Origin: Dipteris shenzhenensis | Lineage: Eukaryota | Assembly (NCBI GenBank): GCA_047967505.1 | Contig: CM106538.1 | Direction: 5' to 3' (one strand) | Length of the DNA: 64,000 nt | Shown here: positions 23,183 to 36,249 of the stretch, in pieces | Layout: every line of letters starts with the position of its first letter | Numbering within the stretch: position 1 is the stretch's first letter | Notes under the pieces: generated by a model | Seen by the model: only the letters and a program-made list of their open reading frames with translations | The model's database searches: none | Told to the model about the DNA's origin: nothing | Translations under genes and position numbers: made by a program

Positions 23183-24550
23183 TGCTACAGTCCTTGAGCA
23201 TCATGTGATATAACTCTTGTAGGCCATTCTATGGGCTATCTGTAGGTTCCTTGGTATGTGCCTTGTAGGCCTAGTAATAAGTAGTTAGGACACTTGGTAT
23301 AGGTAGGTCATGTACCCGTTAGTACAGTTAGTACCACTAGGACACCTTGTCCTAGGGTTTCATCATATAGGGTGTACTTTGTACTCACTTCAGCATTGCA
23401 GCAATTCATTACAGCAGCTAGTTTTTGACTCCATTGCTTCATTTCTTGAGCTTCCATTGCTTGCCTTAGTCTACAGTGGTATTAGAGCAGGAATCCTCAG
23501 CCATTGGCAGCCTCCCCCGAAGCACTTGTACTTGCATTTGGAGCTTTTTGGCAGACATTTCGGCTCATTAATGTGCTGGTCGGCTCATATCTCTAGGCGC
23601 CCTTAACACGTGGGGCATTTAGGGCTTCTCCAAGCAGTTCCAAGCAGTTCCGTTGCCAAAAAATTTATTTTGGGGCTGCCGCTGCATAGCGGCCTCCCAT
23701 AAATGCTTCATTGAGCCGCATTTCGGCACAAATAAGGTGTTAGTTTCACCCTGTTTTCTTCGCATGTGTGAACTTTATGGACCTGTTGCTTCAGTATGGA
23801 GGTGTACGGTGCATTTAAGCTAGCTGCCATTCGCATGTGTGGACAATACTGACTTGTACGGAGCATTTAAGGGCTGTACGGTGCATTTAAGGCAGCTGTA
23901 TGGAACATTTATTGCAGCCACCTGTTGAACTGATCTGTCTCGGGATCTGCAGCTGCATTTTGGAGTGCCTACACTCACCGACTTGAGCTTTGGAGCCTGC
24001 TGCTGCCATCGAGAGACCTCTGTTGAAGCCCTCTTGCTCTCATTTGGTGTTTCTACATCTCGGGCTGTGAGCATCTCACCTCTGGTTGCTGCTGCACTCA
24101 TTCTGAGGTCTTCTTCTGCTTGTGGGAGCACATACTCTTGCTGTAATTCCATTTTCCAGCCTTCTTTGTGCACCCTTTATTGCCATTTATTTCACCTCTC
24201 CTCCAAGGGTGATTACTTGTGCTCGTGTTTGGAGCCATTTTCTTGCTGTAATTTTGGTCTACATCACTTGGTAAGCTCGTACTGCATTAATTCCTTTCAT
24301 TTTCAGCAAAACAGTCCTTTCTCTGCTTTATTTGCATCGTGGAAAGGCCCGTGTTGCCTTGGAAGGCCTCGTGTTGCCTTTTGGGAGTCTTTTGCAACAG
24401 GTACACCTTGTGACAGCCACACATTTGCAGTGAAAAGCTTTGAAGCTTGTGCAGTAAATTGCCTTTTGGATTTGGGAGATCGCACTCCTCTCATTTTCAT
24501 TGTCAGTTGGTGTCTTTGCCTTGCCATTTTGCACTTTGGCTGTCAATAAG
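23183..24550 (+). mobile_element. LTR (~23183-23475) + PBS + 5' internal region
   Basis: tgctacag...ttagtctaca followed by g-tggtattagagc (~23477). The LTR shares ttgtag.ccattctatgggctatct and ttccttggtatgtgccttgtaggc with 39773-39890. Confidence 0.6.
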
Positions 24551-25759
24551 GATGTGTTACGGGGATGTGAATTTCTAAGCTTTAGGAATTTACGGTGACT
24601 ACCCTAGCCTCCAACTGATTAAAAAAGTTCGAAGGACACTTTAGTGCAATTAATTCCATGGTCCAAGGCAAGGGACTGAAAGTTAGAGAGCGGTAAAAAT
24701 CCCTTTAGCTAAAAATAGCTCCAGGAGCCACGTTTAGCTAGTAGGCTTGGAAAGCAAGCAACATAGTCGAAATTTGCTTTCAGGGCTGTTTTTGGGACCA
24801 CGGAAGAACAGGGAGAGGCAAGTACTTGGTTGGGAAAGTGCTCTAGGGCTATTCTATCACATCGGTTTGCTGATTTTTGACTACCAGGACAGTCTGTGGG
24901 CTGTTGGTGGGTGCCAGAACCTCAAAATACAGATCAGTTCGTTTTTGCTGCATGCCTACTGTTCATGCCTTCCTAGAGACCCAAATCTGATTCACACTTC
25001 TTCTAGGAGCTTTTGAGGCCAGATGTGCATATCAAAATTGCACTTTTTAAGGCAGTATGGAGCTTCCAAGCAAATCGATCTGCTTCCAGACTTGGCGATT
25101 CTCTTCCAACAGGTCTTCCAGGGTTGCTTTTATTGATTTTCATCTGCCAGGGTGCAAGAGATCTTGCCAGGGAATTTCGTTTTTCCTTGCTGGCTGTTTT
25201 TCCTAGGGTTTCGAGAGCTTTCCTATCGATTGATTGCTTTTCAGGGGCTTTCCTACTGCCTCAAAAGATTTAGATCCTTTTGCTTTGCGCAGCTGGCCTT
25301 TTTGTTTGCCAAGAGCAGCCAGGTGTGGTTGTTTTGCTGGCTTCTGTCTTGCTAGGGCTTCCTTGACGGTTCAGAGCTACCCAAGACAGATAGGGCTGAT
25401 TGCTCTGTTGCCAGGTTTCCCCTAGTGGGTATCAAAGCTACCAGGTTAGAACCCTTAGCCAGATTCGAAAGAAGGGCTGCTATGGAATGTTGCATTGGAT
25501 TGGGATAACTTTTCCGTGATTGTAGAGCAGGACGGAAGTGCCTGTGATCAGATTATTCAGTTGGCTATCTGTGGATTGATGCACTGCGGTGTGATTCTTG
25601 TATTTGCATGCCTTTTTGAATAAAAGATAAAGAAATACTGAAAGGGGCGCTAAGTTTAGGGCCAATTTGATGTCCGGTGCAAGACGGGGGCAATCCAGCT
25701 CTCGGGTGTTGTGTTCTAAGTGCCCAAGATATGTTGGGTAGAATCATAGAACGAGGAAA

Positions 25760-28722
25760 TCGAGAACTTTGCCTCGCGTGGGGTAAAGTAAGATCAGAAT
25801 GCCTTAATTCTTTTTGATCCAGGAGCTATCGATAATTTCATTTCAGAAGTCCTAGTTTGAGGCTAGGAATTAAGACGAAAGAATTGGGATTATCTTTGGA
25901 TGCAGAGCATGTTTTTGAAGGGGATCTAGTCAAAGTCGCACCTTTGATTGGAAAGCTCAGAATTCATGTACAGGGCTATGTAGACCAAGAAGAGTTTTAT
26001 GTTTCACCATTCAAGCATTATGATGCTATTTTGGGTATGCTGTGGTTCCATAGAAAGGAGGTAGTTCTTGATTCTAAAGCAAGGACCCTCAGTTTTGTGC
26101 ATCGGAATAAGCAACAAAAGCTTTTGGCCAAGGGAAAAGGCGAGATCATTCCAGTCGTATCAAATATTTCCATTGCTAAATCAATAAAGTCTGCAATTGC
26201 TGCGTATATGGTCTTTTTTAAAGAGAAAGAGGGTGAACCTCAAGTGGGAACAAGTCCTTTAGAAAAAGAAAAATTTTGGTTTCTAGAATCTTTCAAAGAT
26301 TGTTTTTTTGATTCTCTACTGCGAGAGCTTCGTCCAGAACGACCCGAAGATCATGTTATAGAGCTCCTTCCAGGAAGTGAGCTCCCGAATTGGACCACCT
26401 TATCGTGTGAGCGCAGCCCAGACTGAAGAAATTATGGCATAGGTAGAGGATTTGCTCTCCAACAGACTTATCAGGCCCAGTTCCTCACCCTTTTTGTTCA
26501 CCAGTGCTCTTAGTTCAAAAGAAGCATGGCTCTTATCGTATGTGTGGATTATAGAGGTATTAATAAAATGACAGTCCAGAATAGGTTTCCAATCCCTTGC
26601 ATAGATGATATTTTGGACAGACTGAAAGGGGCCACGATTTTCAGCTGTATTGATTTAAAAAGTGGATATTATCAGATAAGGGTCTACCCACAAGATGTCC
26701 ATAAGACAGCTTTTCGGACCACTTTTGGACTTTATGAGTTTTTGGTGATGCCTTTTGGGCTTACCAATGCACTAGCCACCTTCAATCGTATGATGGACAT
26801 AATTTTTCAGATCCTATAGGCACTTTCTTTGATGATATTTTGGTCTTTTCTAAGATAGAAGAACACAAAGAGCACTTGGCTACTGTGTTTCAAAAACTAA
26901 GAAATCATAAACTTTTTATTAATGCCAAAAAGAGTGAATTCTTTCTTGACGAGATTCATTATCTTGGACACATTATTTCCAAGGAAGGAATTAGGATGGA
27001 TCCAGCCAAGATGAAAGCTATACAGGAATGGCCAGAGCTCACCTTGGTACATGAAGTACGCAGCTTTCTTGGGTTTTGTTCCTATTACAGACGCTTCATC
27101 CTACACTTTGCTAATATAGTAGCCTCCTTACATGACTTGACCAAGAAACATGTAGTTTTCAGGTGGGGAGAAAGACAAAGGTTAGCTTTTAATGCTCTCC
27201 TAAACAAGCTAACGACCGAGCCTATTCTCATTGTTCCAAATTTATAGAAACCGTTTGATGTGGACTACGATGCATGTGGAGAGTGTGTGGGAGTTGCCCT
27301 CCATCAAGGTTGGGTTATAGCTTATGAAAGCAGGAGGCTGTGTGATGTCGAGATGCTTTTGGGTGTTTATGAGAAAGAGATGCTAGCAATTATTCATGCT
27401 TTAAATATTTGGAAGCATTATCTTCTTGGAGTTGACTTCATAGTCAAGACCGACCACTAGAGTCTGAAGTATTTCTTGACTTAATCCAAGATCTCCAAAA
27501 AGCAGAGGAAGTGGGCAAATCTTCTGTCCATGTTTCATTTTTAGATTGTTTATGGTCCAGGAGCTTGGAATAGGGTTGCGGATGCTTTATCTAGAAGGCC
27601 TAAAGTGAATAATGTCACCATAGCATATCACTGAGACTTGGAGGCCATGAAAGAGCTTTATTTACAGGATCCAGATTCGGAGAGACCATGAGAAATATTT
27701 AGCAGGGAGTATTCTCATATTTAACAGGGAGTATCATTTAGCCAGTATACACCGAAAGACGGATTTCTCATGAAAGATCATCTTTGTGTGGCCCAAGACA
27801 AGTGAGCCAAAGTTTTGGAAGAATGTCATGCTCCTCCTTATGCAGGGCATCGAGGTATTTTGTCTACTACACAGGTCGTTGAGAGATATTTCTTTTGGCT
27901 AGGGATGCGGAAAGACATTCACAAGTTTGTAACTGAATGTCTTACGTGCCAAAAGGTAAGTATGATAGGCACAAGACCGGAGGACTTCTCATGCCACTGT
28001 CCATACTAGAGGGACCATGGGAAAGCATCGCCATGGATTTCATCTTTGATCTTCCTAGATCCAGATACGGGAATGATGGGATATGGACCATCATTGACAA
28101 GTTCAGCAAGTAGGCCCATTTCATTCCAGTAAGAAAACTATTAAGGCATATCACATCCCTGATTGTTTTTGGCACAGATCTTCAAGCACCATGGGACGCC
28201 TAAGTCGATTGTTAGTAATCGAGACCCCAAGATGATTAGTTTATTGTGGAGAGCATTATTTGGTAATATGGGGACGAAGCTGGACTTTTCATCTTCTTTT
28301 CATCCTCAGTCAGACGGACAAGGTGAGAATGCCAATTCCACGGTATTGGATCTTCTCAAGTGTTATGCATCCGAGCATTTGCATACAATAACACTGTTCA
28401 TAGCTCCACAAGAAAAGCCCCATTCGAAGTTATTTATGGAAAGGTGATTCTACCACCTATCCTTAGAACAAAGGACAAGATATTTGCAGCCGACCAGTAT
28501 GTCCGAGACTTAGATACAGCTTTCTCTCAAGTGTAAACAACAATTGAAAGATCTCAACAAAAGCAACAGAGGGCAACAGACAAACACTGGAGGGAGATAA
28601 ATCTCCAAGGAGACTGGGTCTTACTAAATTTTGAAAAAGCACGACCCATAAAGATGAAAGGAAAAGAGAAAGTGTACCCAAAGTTGTCTTCTAGGTATTA
28701 TGGACCATTCAGAGTTAGTGAG
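25760..28722 (+). pseudogene. Gypsy pol pseudogene (protease, RT, RNase H, integrase)
   Basis: FDPGA protease motif; [77 protein letters not shown]. Many stops and frameshifts. Confidence 0.93.
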
Positions 28723-28916
28723 TGTGAAGAACCAGCCTTCTCTAGAATGCAAATGTGTGCAATGCATGCAGAATTTGAATGCTGATTGGCCCTCCAATGG
28801 GGAAGAGCGCCCTCGTGAGAGTACTTGTTTCTATTTTCGGCCTACATGCAAGGTGTGTGTGAGATGGTGGATGAATACATAGATTTTTCTTCCTCTATAC
28901 TCTATAATGAATATGC

Positions 28917-30213
28917 CTACTCTCTATTCAGTTCACACATCCATACGCCAGTGTTGGCTGAATGGATAGCGTTTACTCTTGGTTCTATGTTCACCATAGA
29001 GCCTTGGGATGAAGAGGTAGAAGCCTCACCCTCCTGCTTGGATGCTTTGCCTTTCCCTTTTATAGAATTTGTTTTGGCAAATTTGGCTAATAGAGTAGGA
29101 CATTTATGCCATGGATGCCTTGGCTTATGTTTCTTACATCTGAAACATTTACCCTCCTTAATTAGCTTTTTCTTCTCATCGTCAATCATGGAAGGAAATG
29201 GTATCCATCCAGGACGTGATTGGCTGTTAACATTTTGTACAATAGCTTTCTCCTTTCCTTTATTGAAGGGTTTATGAGGATTCAATTTCCTCTTAGCAAT
29301 CTCAGCCAATTTAGTGAGGTCTTTCAAGGTGGTTGGGTTGAACATCTCAACCTCATATCTCACTTTCGGGGTTAGGGCTGCTAAATACTTCTTCCTTCTA
29401 TCATCCTCACTCTTCTCAGGTAACTCTAAAGAGAGTTTTCAGAACCTAGCTGTAAATTCAGCGTTACTCTCATTTTCAAATTGCCTGAACCTTTCCCAGC
29501 GGAAGGTCAATTCTTCTTCATTCCTCGAAGAGTGGCCGTAAGCTGCTCTACAAATTTGGACCATTGAAGAATAGGCTCTTTTCCCATTTGTGATAAGGAC
29601 CACCACATTAAAGCATCCTTTTGTAGATGTAGTGTGTCAAGAGCAAGCTTCTCGTGGTCAGTCTTATCTTGGTGGGCAAAATATAGCTCGAAATGGCGAA
29701 TCCAATTGAGGATTTTATCCGCCTCTCTTGCTCCATCATACTTTGGGAATTCTATTCTCTCTTGAGGTTGAAATTTAGCTCTCTTTGAGGGGGTACTTAA
29801 ATCATCATCCCCAAAATTCAGCACTCTCTTAGTCCCTAATTTTGTCATAATGGACTGTTCAATCATATGGCTAAAAGCTAAGAAACCAGCTTATCAACGG
29901 GAGACTCCTCTCTCCCTCTTGCACTTGGATTATAATTCATGTGTACAGGATTTTGAGTTAAAGGTGTAAACTCAGTGCCTCGCTCTTGGATGAACTCGTT
30001 TCTCCCTTCATTTTTGAAGGAAAACTCGCTATCAAGAGATTCTTGAAGGAGAGATGAAGGTAATTCTATACGTGGGTTATCATACTCAATATGTGTAAAA
30101 CTCTCATCTACATCATCCTCTTCAGGAGGAGGTGATGGTGTTCTCTCCCTATCTCCTTTTGGTAGTGGAGGAAAAAGGACAAGTTCATTATTAAATATCC
30201 CTTCCCCTTCCAT
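28917..30213 (-). pseudogene. Gypsy gag pseudogene
   Basis: IEFPKYDGAREADKILNWIRHFELYF..LQKDALMWW (retrotransposon gag-like) and knuckle-like CFRCKKHKPRHPWHKC. PBS-like gctctaggtacc at 30451-30462. Confidence 0.8.
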
Positions 30214-30518
30214 TCTTTCCTTTTAGTAATACAAGAGAGGAAATGACTTGCTGTAATTTCAAAAAAGAGTTTATTTTATAGCAAAAGTCAAGTGTTGTAG
30301 AGTTGGTGGTACTTATCCGACTCCCGCTTCATTTGTGTCGAGAAAACACTTGAAATGACCTCTTCTTCCTTGTCTTTTAAGTTTTTCTTCTTGTATTTTT
30401 GCTATAAACTGGTGCGCTCCATTTGGGCTACTTATTTTGAGTGGATTGGAGCTCTAGGTACCGTTATAGGGAGTACTTGATGGGTGGATCACCCCTTAAA
30501 ATCTTGTTCTAATCCGAC

Positions 30519-33500
30519 CTGGGGTGCAATGTGATTGCATCTGGACAGCCAATGGAATTACACTCGGAAAAGAGAATGCCTTTGGATTGAGCCTATGGGT
30601 TAAGTGCACTTATGTGATGGTGTTCTATGCTTGAAAGCCTTGCGAAGGCTCAGTGAATTGGGGTTGCGTGCTCAGTTGCAGGAAAGGTCTCCCAGATGCA
30701 ACTTGTAATCATTTCATTGTGAAATATAAAGAAATACTGAAAGGGCGCCATGGTGTTTGGGGTCAATCGGGTGCACTTGTTTATGTTTGTTGAGAAGGGG
30801 CATTGTAGCCTCCATCCCTTTTTCAGTGGTTTTGTTTGTGAACAAATGGGTAAATGCCAAATGGTGATCATGCGATGGTTAATGGTTGTGATATATGCTT
30901 TGTGAGCTGTAAATAAGTGCTGAAGTGATTAAAGGTTTAGTTCCACTGCCTGTGAGTGATTAGAGGTTGGTTTCATAGGTTCCATTGCCAGGATACCACA
31001 CACTCTTCCTCAAGAGGTGGGCCTCGATAGTTTGGTGGAAGGATATCTTTGCTGCACTTTTTGACAGCTGAATATTATAGCCATAAACATACTTCGAAGG
31101 TTTATAAAGTACTTTGCAGAAATTGCTTCTCCCTTGCATGCTTTACAGAAGAAAGCTATACCATTTTGGTGGGGACCAAAGGAAAATGCAGCTTTTGAAG
31201 AGCTGAAGCAAAAGTTGTGTTCTGAACCTATTATTATTTTGCCAGATCTTGCAAAACCCTTTGCTGTAACTTGTGATGCATGTGGGAACAGCATAGGAGG
31301 CACTTTGATGCAGGATGGTAGAGTGGTTGCATATGAGAGTAGAGTTCTCAAAGATGCTGAATTGTACTTGCAAACATACGAGAACGAAATGTTAGCGGTG
31401 ATACATGCTTTGACCACATGGAAACATTACCTTCTTGGAGCTAATTTTTATGTGCAGACAGATCATTAGTCACTTAGATATTTTCTCACGCAGAGAAAAT
31501 TATTTGAAAAGCACATGAGATGGGCTAACGTTCTCTCAATGTTTCATTTTCAAATCGTACATGTGTCAGGTAATAAAAATGTCGTGGCTGATGCACTTTC
31601 CAGGAAACCACAGCTTGAAGCAGTCTCCAAGAAACCTAGTGTTTCAGCAATGAGCATTGCTTACAACAATGTGTTAGATGTGTTGAAAGATCAGTATGTT
31701 AATGATGCTGATTTTTCAACTATTTATGATCAGCTTTCTGATGGTCAAAGACATGATCACTATATGTTGAAAGAGGGTTTCATTTTGATGCATGGACGAC
31801 TCTGTGTCACTGATCAAATGCTACAGAAAGTCATAATGGAAAGTCATGCTCCTCCATATGCAGGACATAGGGGAATTACAGTAACAATCACATCAGTGGA
31901 GCAATACTTTTATTGGCCATCTTTGAGGAAAAATGTGGAAGAATATGTGAGAACATGCATGGTTTGTCAGAAAGCAAAGTTTGACATGCAGAAGACACCT
32001 GGGTTGTTACACCCTTTGCCAATTCCGGATAGACCATGGCAAAGCATAGCTATGGATTTTGTGTTTGATCTTCCATGTACTCCTACTAGACATGATGGAT
32101 TGTGGACAATAATTTGCAGGTTTAGCAAACAAGCCCACTTTGTGCAAGTAAGAAAGAAAATTACAGCAGATCAAATGGCCAAATTGTTTCTGTAGCATGT
32201 CTTCAAGTATCATGGGATGCCTGAATCCATAATCAGTGATAGAGATCTGAGGATGACCAGCCTCTTTTGGAGAGGGCTGTTTGAAAATATGGACACTACG
32301 CTGAATTTTTCATCATCTTTTCACCCTCTGTCTGATGAACAATCGGAGCAGGAAAACTCTACCATCCTGGATATGTTTAAATGCTATGTCTTAGACCACA
32401 AAAGCAAATAGGAGTATTATTTGCCTTTGCTGGAATATGCTTACAATAATATGGTGCACACATCCACAGGTAAAGCACCTTTTGACATAGTGGAAGGTGC
32501 CAGGAAGATACCTCCCATTTTGCATACAAAAGAGAAAATCTTCGAAGCTGATTGTTTTGTGGAAAGCCTTGAAGAGGCTTACAAGAAGATCAAATATGCC
32601 TTGCAAAGAAGTCGGGACAAGCAAAAAAGAGCAACAGATAAGCACCACAGGGAATTGGTATTCACAGAAGGTGATTGGGTTTTGCTGCATTTTCAAAAGG
32701 CAAGGCTGAAAAATAAGAAAGGCAAGGAAAGGTTGTACACAAAGCTGAACATGCCTTACTAAGGTCCTTTCTAGGTTTCTGAAAAGATTTACAGGTTGAA
32801 GTTGCCCCCGCATTGGAAGATACATAATGCCTTTCATGTGAGCTTGTTAAAGCAATATCATGCAGATGTTCTATGCAGATGTTCTCGAGGATTTACCTGA
32901 TGAGGTACAGCTTGAAGTGGAAGAACATGATGAACTTCTGGTCCCAGAGCAGATTCTAGCACACAGAGATAGAAAGCTCAAGGGTAAAGTTATCCATCGC
33001 TAGTTGGTAAAATTTCAACATTACCCAACACTCGATGCAAAATGGATGAAGGTGAATTGGCAGATTCACCTGGGATATTGCAGCTTTACCTTGATGCTTT
33101 CCAGTTAGAGCCGACTGTGGTTCGAGCTCCTACAGGTAGTTAATAGAGCGAGCGTCTGGAGCATTACCTGGTGTTCGAGAGGGGGTAGCACCTCCACTCC
33201 CTCAATACAGATGGGCTCACCGTGATTCCATGAGGTCGCTTGATGACACTGTATGTTTCATCTGAGATATTGAGATGATAGTATTTTTGCTGTGAGACTT
33301 CATGATGTTGATGCATCTTGACTATTGATCGCCGAGGATCACATAGATTTTGAGCAGTGTATTTGGATGGATGCATGCCTCTCCTAGCCATATTTTCACT
33401 GTCTTTGTATACTATAGCTGTGGCTTTCTTGTATACTCTTTCATGGTATATTTCATGCTCGCTCCTATGTTTTGGGGCAGCAAACTGTGGTTTGCTGTTT

Positions 33501-35198
33501 CAAGAGAGGGGTATGTCACGGGGCCATGGAATTCTAAGTACTTTAATGTACTATAAGACAATGATAACTTTGGTCTTAAAAGTTCAAGCGTGGGCTTAAT
33601 AATGTGTAATTGAAACGCGGCATGGTGCCTAGCACATAAGCATAATTAATCCTTAGCCCAAAGGCATTTCAAGGAATTAAAAGAGTGGTTGTTGGAAAAT
33701 GATGACATGGCATTTTTAATGGATCCCCTAGAGGGTCATGTACCTTCAATGGCCCCCCCTAGTGTTCCAGGTGGCTCTAGTGCCTTCTACATGCTCCTTT
33801 GCTATTCCTGGACCTTCCTGGGCCTTCTAAACTTCACATGTGTGGTTTTCTCTCTCATCTTCTCGCTTTGTTGGCTCTAGTGTCTTCTACATGCTCCTTT
33901 GCCATTCCTAGACCCTCTTGGGCCTTCTAAACTTCACATGTGTGCTTTTCTCTCTCATCTTCTCGCTTTGTTGAGATTTTGGGTTGGTTTTTCAGCCTCC
34001 TTCAACTGAATTCCGTTTTTCTTCATAACTCCTCACCTCTTTCGATTCCTCGACTTTTGTTTGGCCCGATGGCTTCCCCTCTACCTCCCCTTCATAGTGA
34101 TATGATTTTCCCTCCGTGCATTTGGTAGAACGGGCAGAGCTGAGCACTTGTTTTGCTGGTCGAATTTGCAAAAGTGGCTTTTTTTGGACCTTTTTGCTTC
34201 TACAGCCTCTTGGGCCTCTCCTCTTGCAAAGCTATAGCTTTCTGTTGAATTTCGAGTGGTCCCATGCGCTCGTTGACTGATTTTTCTTAGTTTTGGAGAA
34301 CTTTCCGACGATGAAACTTCTCCAAAACCTTCTTAATGCATTCCTCTCTGAAGCACGCTTCTTTTGAGCCCAAGAACTTTCACTTCTTTGCGACAGAAGT
34401 GCTTCTTTTTGCATTTTTTAGTGGAATTCTTGCTGGACGACTTTTGTAAATGCTCTTTCTTCATGCCTTTGCACTCCTCTTTGGCTGAGAATGCAATTGG
34501 GCTACTATGTCCTCTTGGCGATTGAGGACTTGGTTCGTTTTTTAGGGCTTGGTGAGTTGTGATTTTACTGCTCAATTTCTTTTTGTCATAAGCTATTGGT
34601 CGGCCTCGTGTGCCGTCTCTTTCTTGGTTCATAGGTGCTTAGGCAATGCTACATGAGTCATTCTTTGGTTGGGTACTTTGCCAATTTTATTTTGGAGCTT
34701 TGAAAAGCTTTGTGAATGCCATTTGGAAACCACTCAAAGAGAGTGCAGCTGGGGTGCAGTGTGATTGCATCTGGACAGCCAATGGAATTGCACTCGAAAA
34801 AGAGAATGCCTTTGGATTGAGCCTATGGGTTAAGTGCACTTATGTGATGGTGTTCTATGCTTGAAAGCCTTGCGAAGGCTCAGTGAATTGGGGCTGCGTG
34901 CTCAGTTGCAGGGAAGGTCTCCTAGATGCAACTTGTAATCATTCCACTGTGAAATATAAAGAAATACCGAAAGGGGTGCCATGGTGTTTGGGACCAATTG
35001 GATGCACTTGTCTATGTTTGTTGAGCAGGGGCATTATAGCATCCATCCCTTTTTTAGTGGTTTTGTTTGTGAACAAATGGGTAAATGCCAAATGGTGATC
35101 ATGCAATGGTTAATGGTTGTGATATATGCTTTGTGAGCTGTAAATAAGTCCTCAAGTGATTAAAGGTTTAGTTCCACTACACTCTAAGTGATTAGAGG
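30519..35198 (+). mobile_element. Second gypsy chromovirus fragment: partial LTR, RH-INT-chromodomain, PPT, 3' LTR
   Basis: ~450-bp direct repeat at 30519-30966 / 34749-35198. Motifs VTCDACG..VAYESR, HAPPYAGHRG, WQSIAMDFV and PEQILAHR..LVKF..DAKW. PPT aagagagggg (33502-33511) followed by tgtcacg at 33514. Confidence 0.88.
33771..33972. repeat. ~100-bp tandem duplication inside the LTR
   Basis: ggctctagtg.cttctacatgctcctttgc...tctctctcatcttctcgctttgtt occurs twice. Confidence 0.85.
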
Positions 35199-36249
35199 CT
35201 AATTTCAACTTATTTCTATGTTCAACCGACATGCAAGGTGTGTGTGAGATGGCGGATGAATGCAATGTGAATGAAGAATGCTACGTGAGAGTCAGAATGA
35301 AAGGGTGATACCCTTTCATTAATGTCCCATGAGATCAATCAAGTTCCATGTTCCCATTTACACCTACCCTTAGCCTATGACCCATGCATCTACCATTCAA
35401 TGCACCTTAATGCATTCTTCCCTTCCTATTGCCCCTAGGACCTAGACACATGTGTGCACATTTTTATTAATAGAAGAAGTACCACATGCCCAAATTCAAT
35501 GCCGTCTGAAGCACTGGCTCCAGCTCGACTAGTCCTATCTACTGAGATGATCCACCGCCATAACAAATCGGTCGGTGTCCATTGTAAATACATATACATG
35601 TTCCACCATTGGCATATAATATATAATAATGTTTTAATGTCTACTAATCACAGATTAGTGATTTCTCTTGTCATGACAGTGAGGCCATAAATGAAGTTGC
35701 ATTTCGACTAGAGCTGCTCGAGACTTGGAAGATTCACACTGCTTTTCATATGAGTCTTCTAAGAAGTATCAAGGACCAAAACCCATAGAACTAGTTCAAG
35801 AAGAGCCACCTGAGGTGGAAGAGATGGAGGAGATTCTCCAACCAGAACAAATTGTATATCATATAGAGAAGAAATGACCTAGAGGAAAGGTTTTATCCGT
35901 AGATACCTTGTCAAGTTTAAGAATTATTCGGTACTTGATGCCAAGTGGGTAGATGAGGAATTCTTCTCAGAGTATCCTCAAGTTTTACAGTTGTATCAAG
36001 AAGCTGGAACAACTCTTTAGAAGTTGAGGGATGTCACCATTTGGGACTTCTCTTAAGAAAATAAAGAGTAATCTTTTTGCAAGAAGAAGTAAATTCTATT
36101 AATGCTTGAAAAAATCATACAACCAGCTTCCAATAGGAGTTGTCGATGAAATAAAGAAATGAGCTAGTTACCGGCTACAATAACAACCATATGTTTTTGG
36201 ATCTCACGGCTCATCACCTACAGAGAGTCCAAAACATGAGCTAGCAATC

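Larger units (their letters stand above)
28723..35678. mobile_element. Nested TG...CA insertion (6956 bp) with 5-bp TSD and a mosaic interior
   Basis: gtgag|tgtgaagaacc ... tcatgaca|gtgag (TSD 28718-28722 and 35679-35683). The end segments share acatgcaaggtgtgtgtgagatgg.ggatgaat (~28843 and ~35230). Confidence 0.85.
24555..36030 (+). mobile_element. Ty3/gypsy chromovirus remnant (LTR, PBS, PR-RT-RH-INT-chromodomain), interrupted at 28723-35678
   Basis: tgttac start; PBS-like gggtatcaaagc at ~25427; pol motifs (next entry). The integrase tail YGPFRVSE resumes as AINEVAFRLEL..WKIHTAFH at 35684, followed by chromodomain-like YLVKFKNYSVLDAKW. No gag and no matching 3' LTR seen. Confidence 0.85.
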
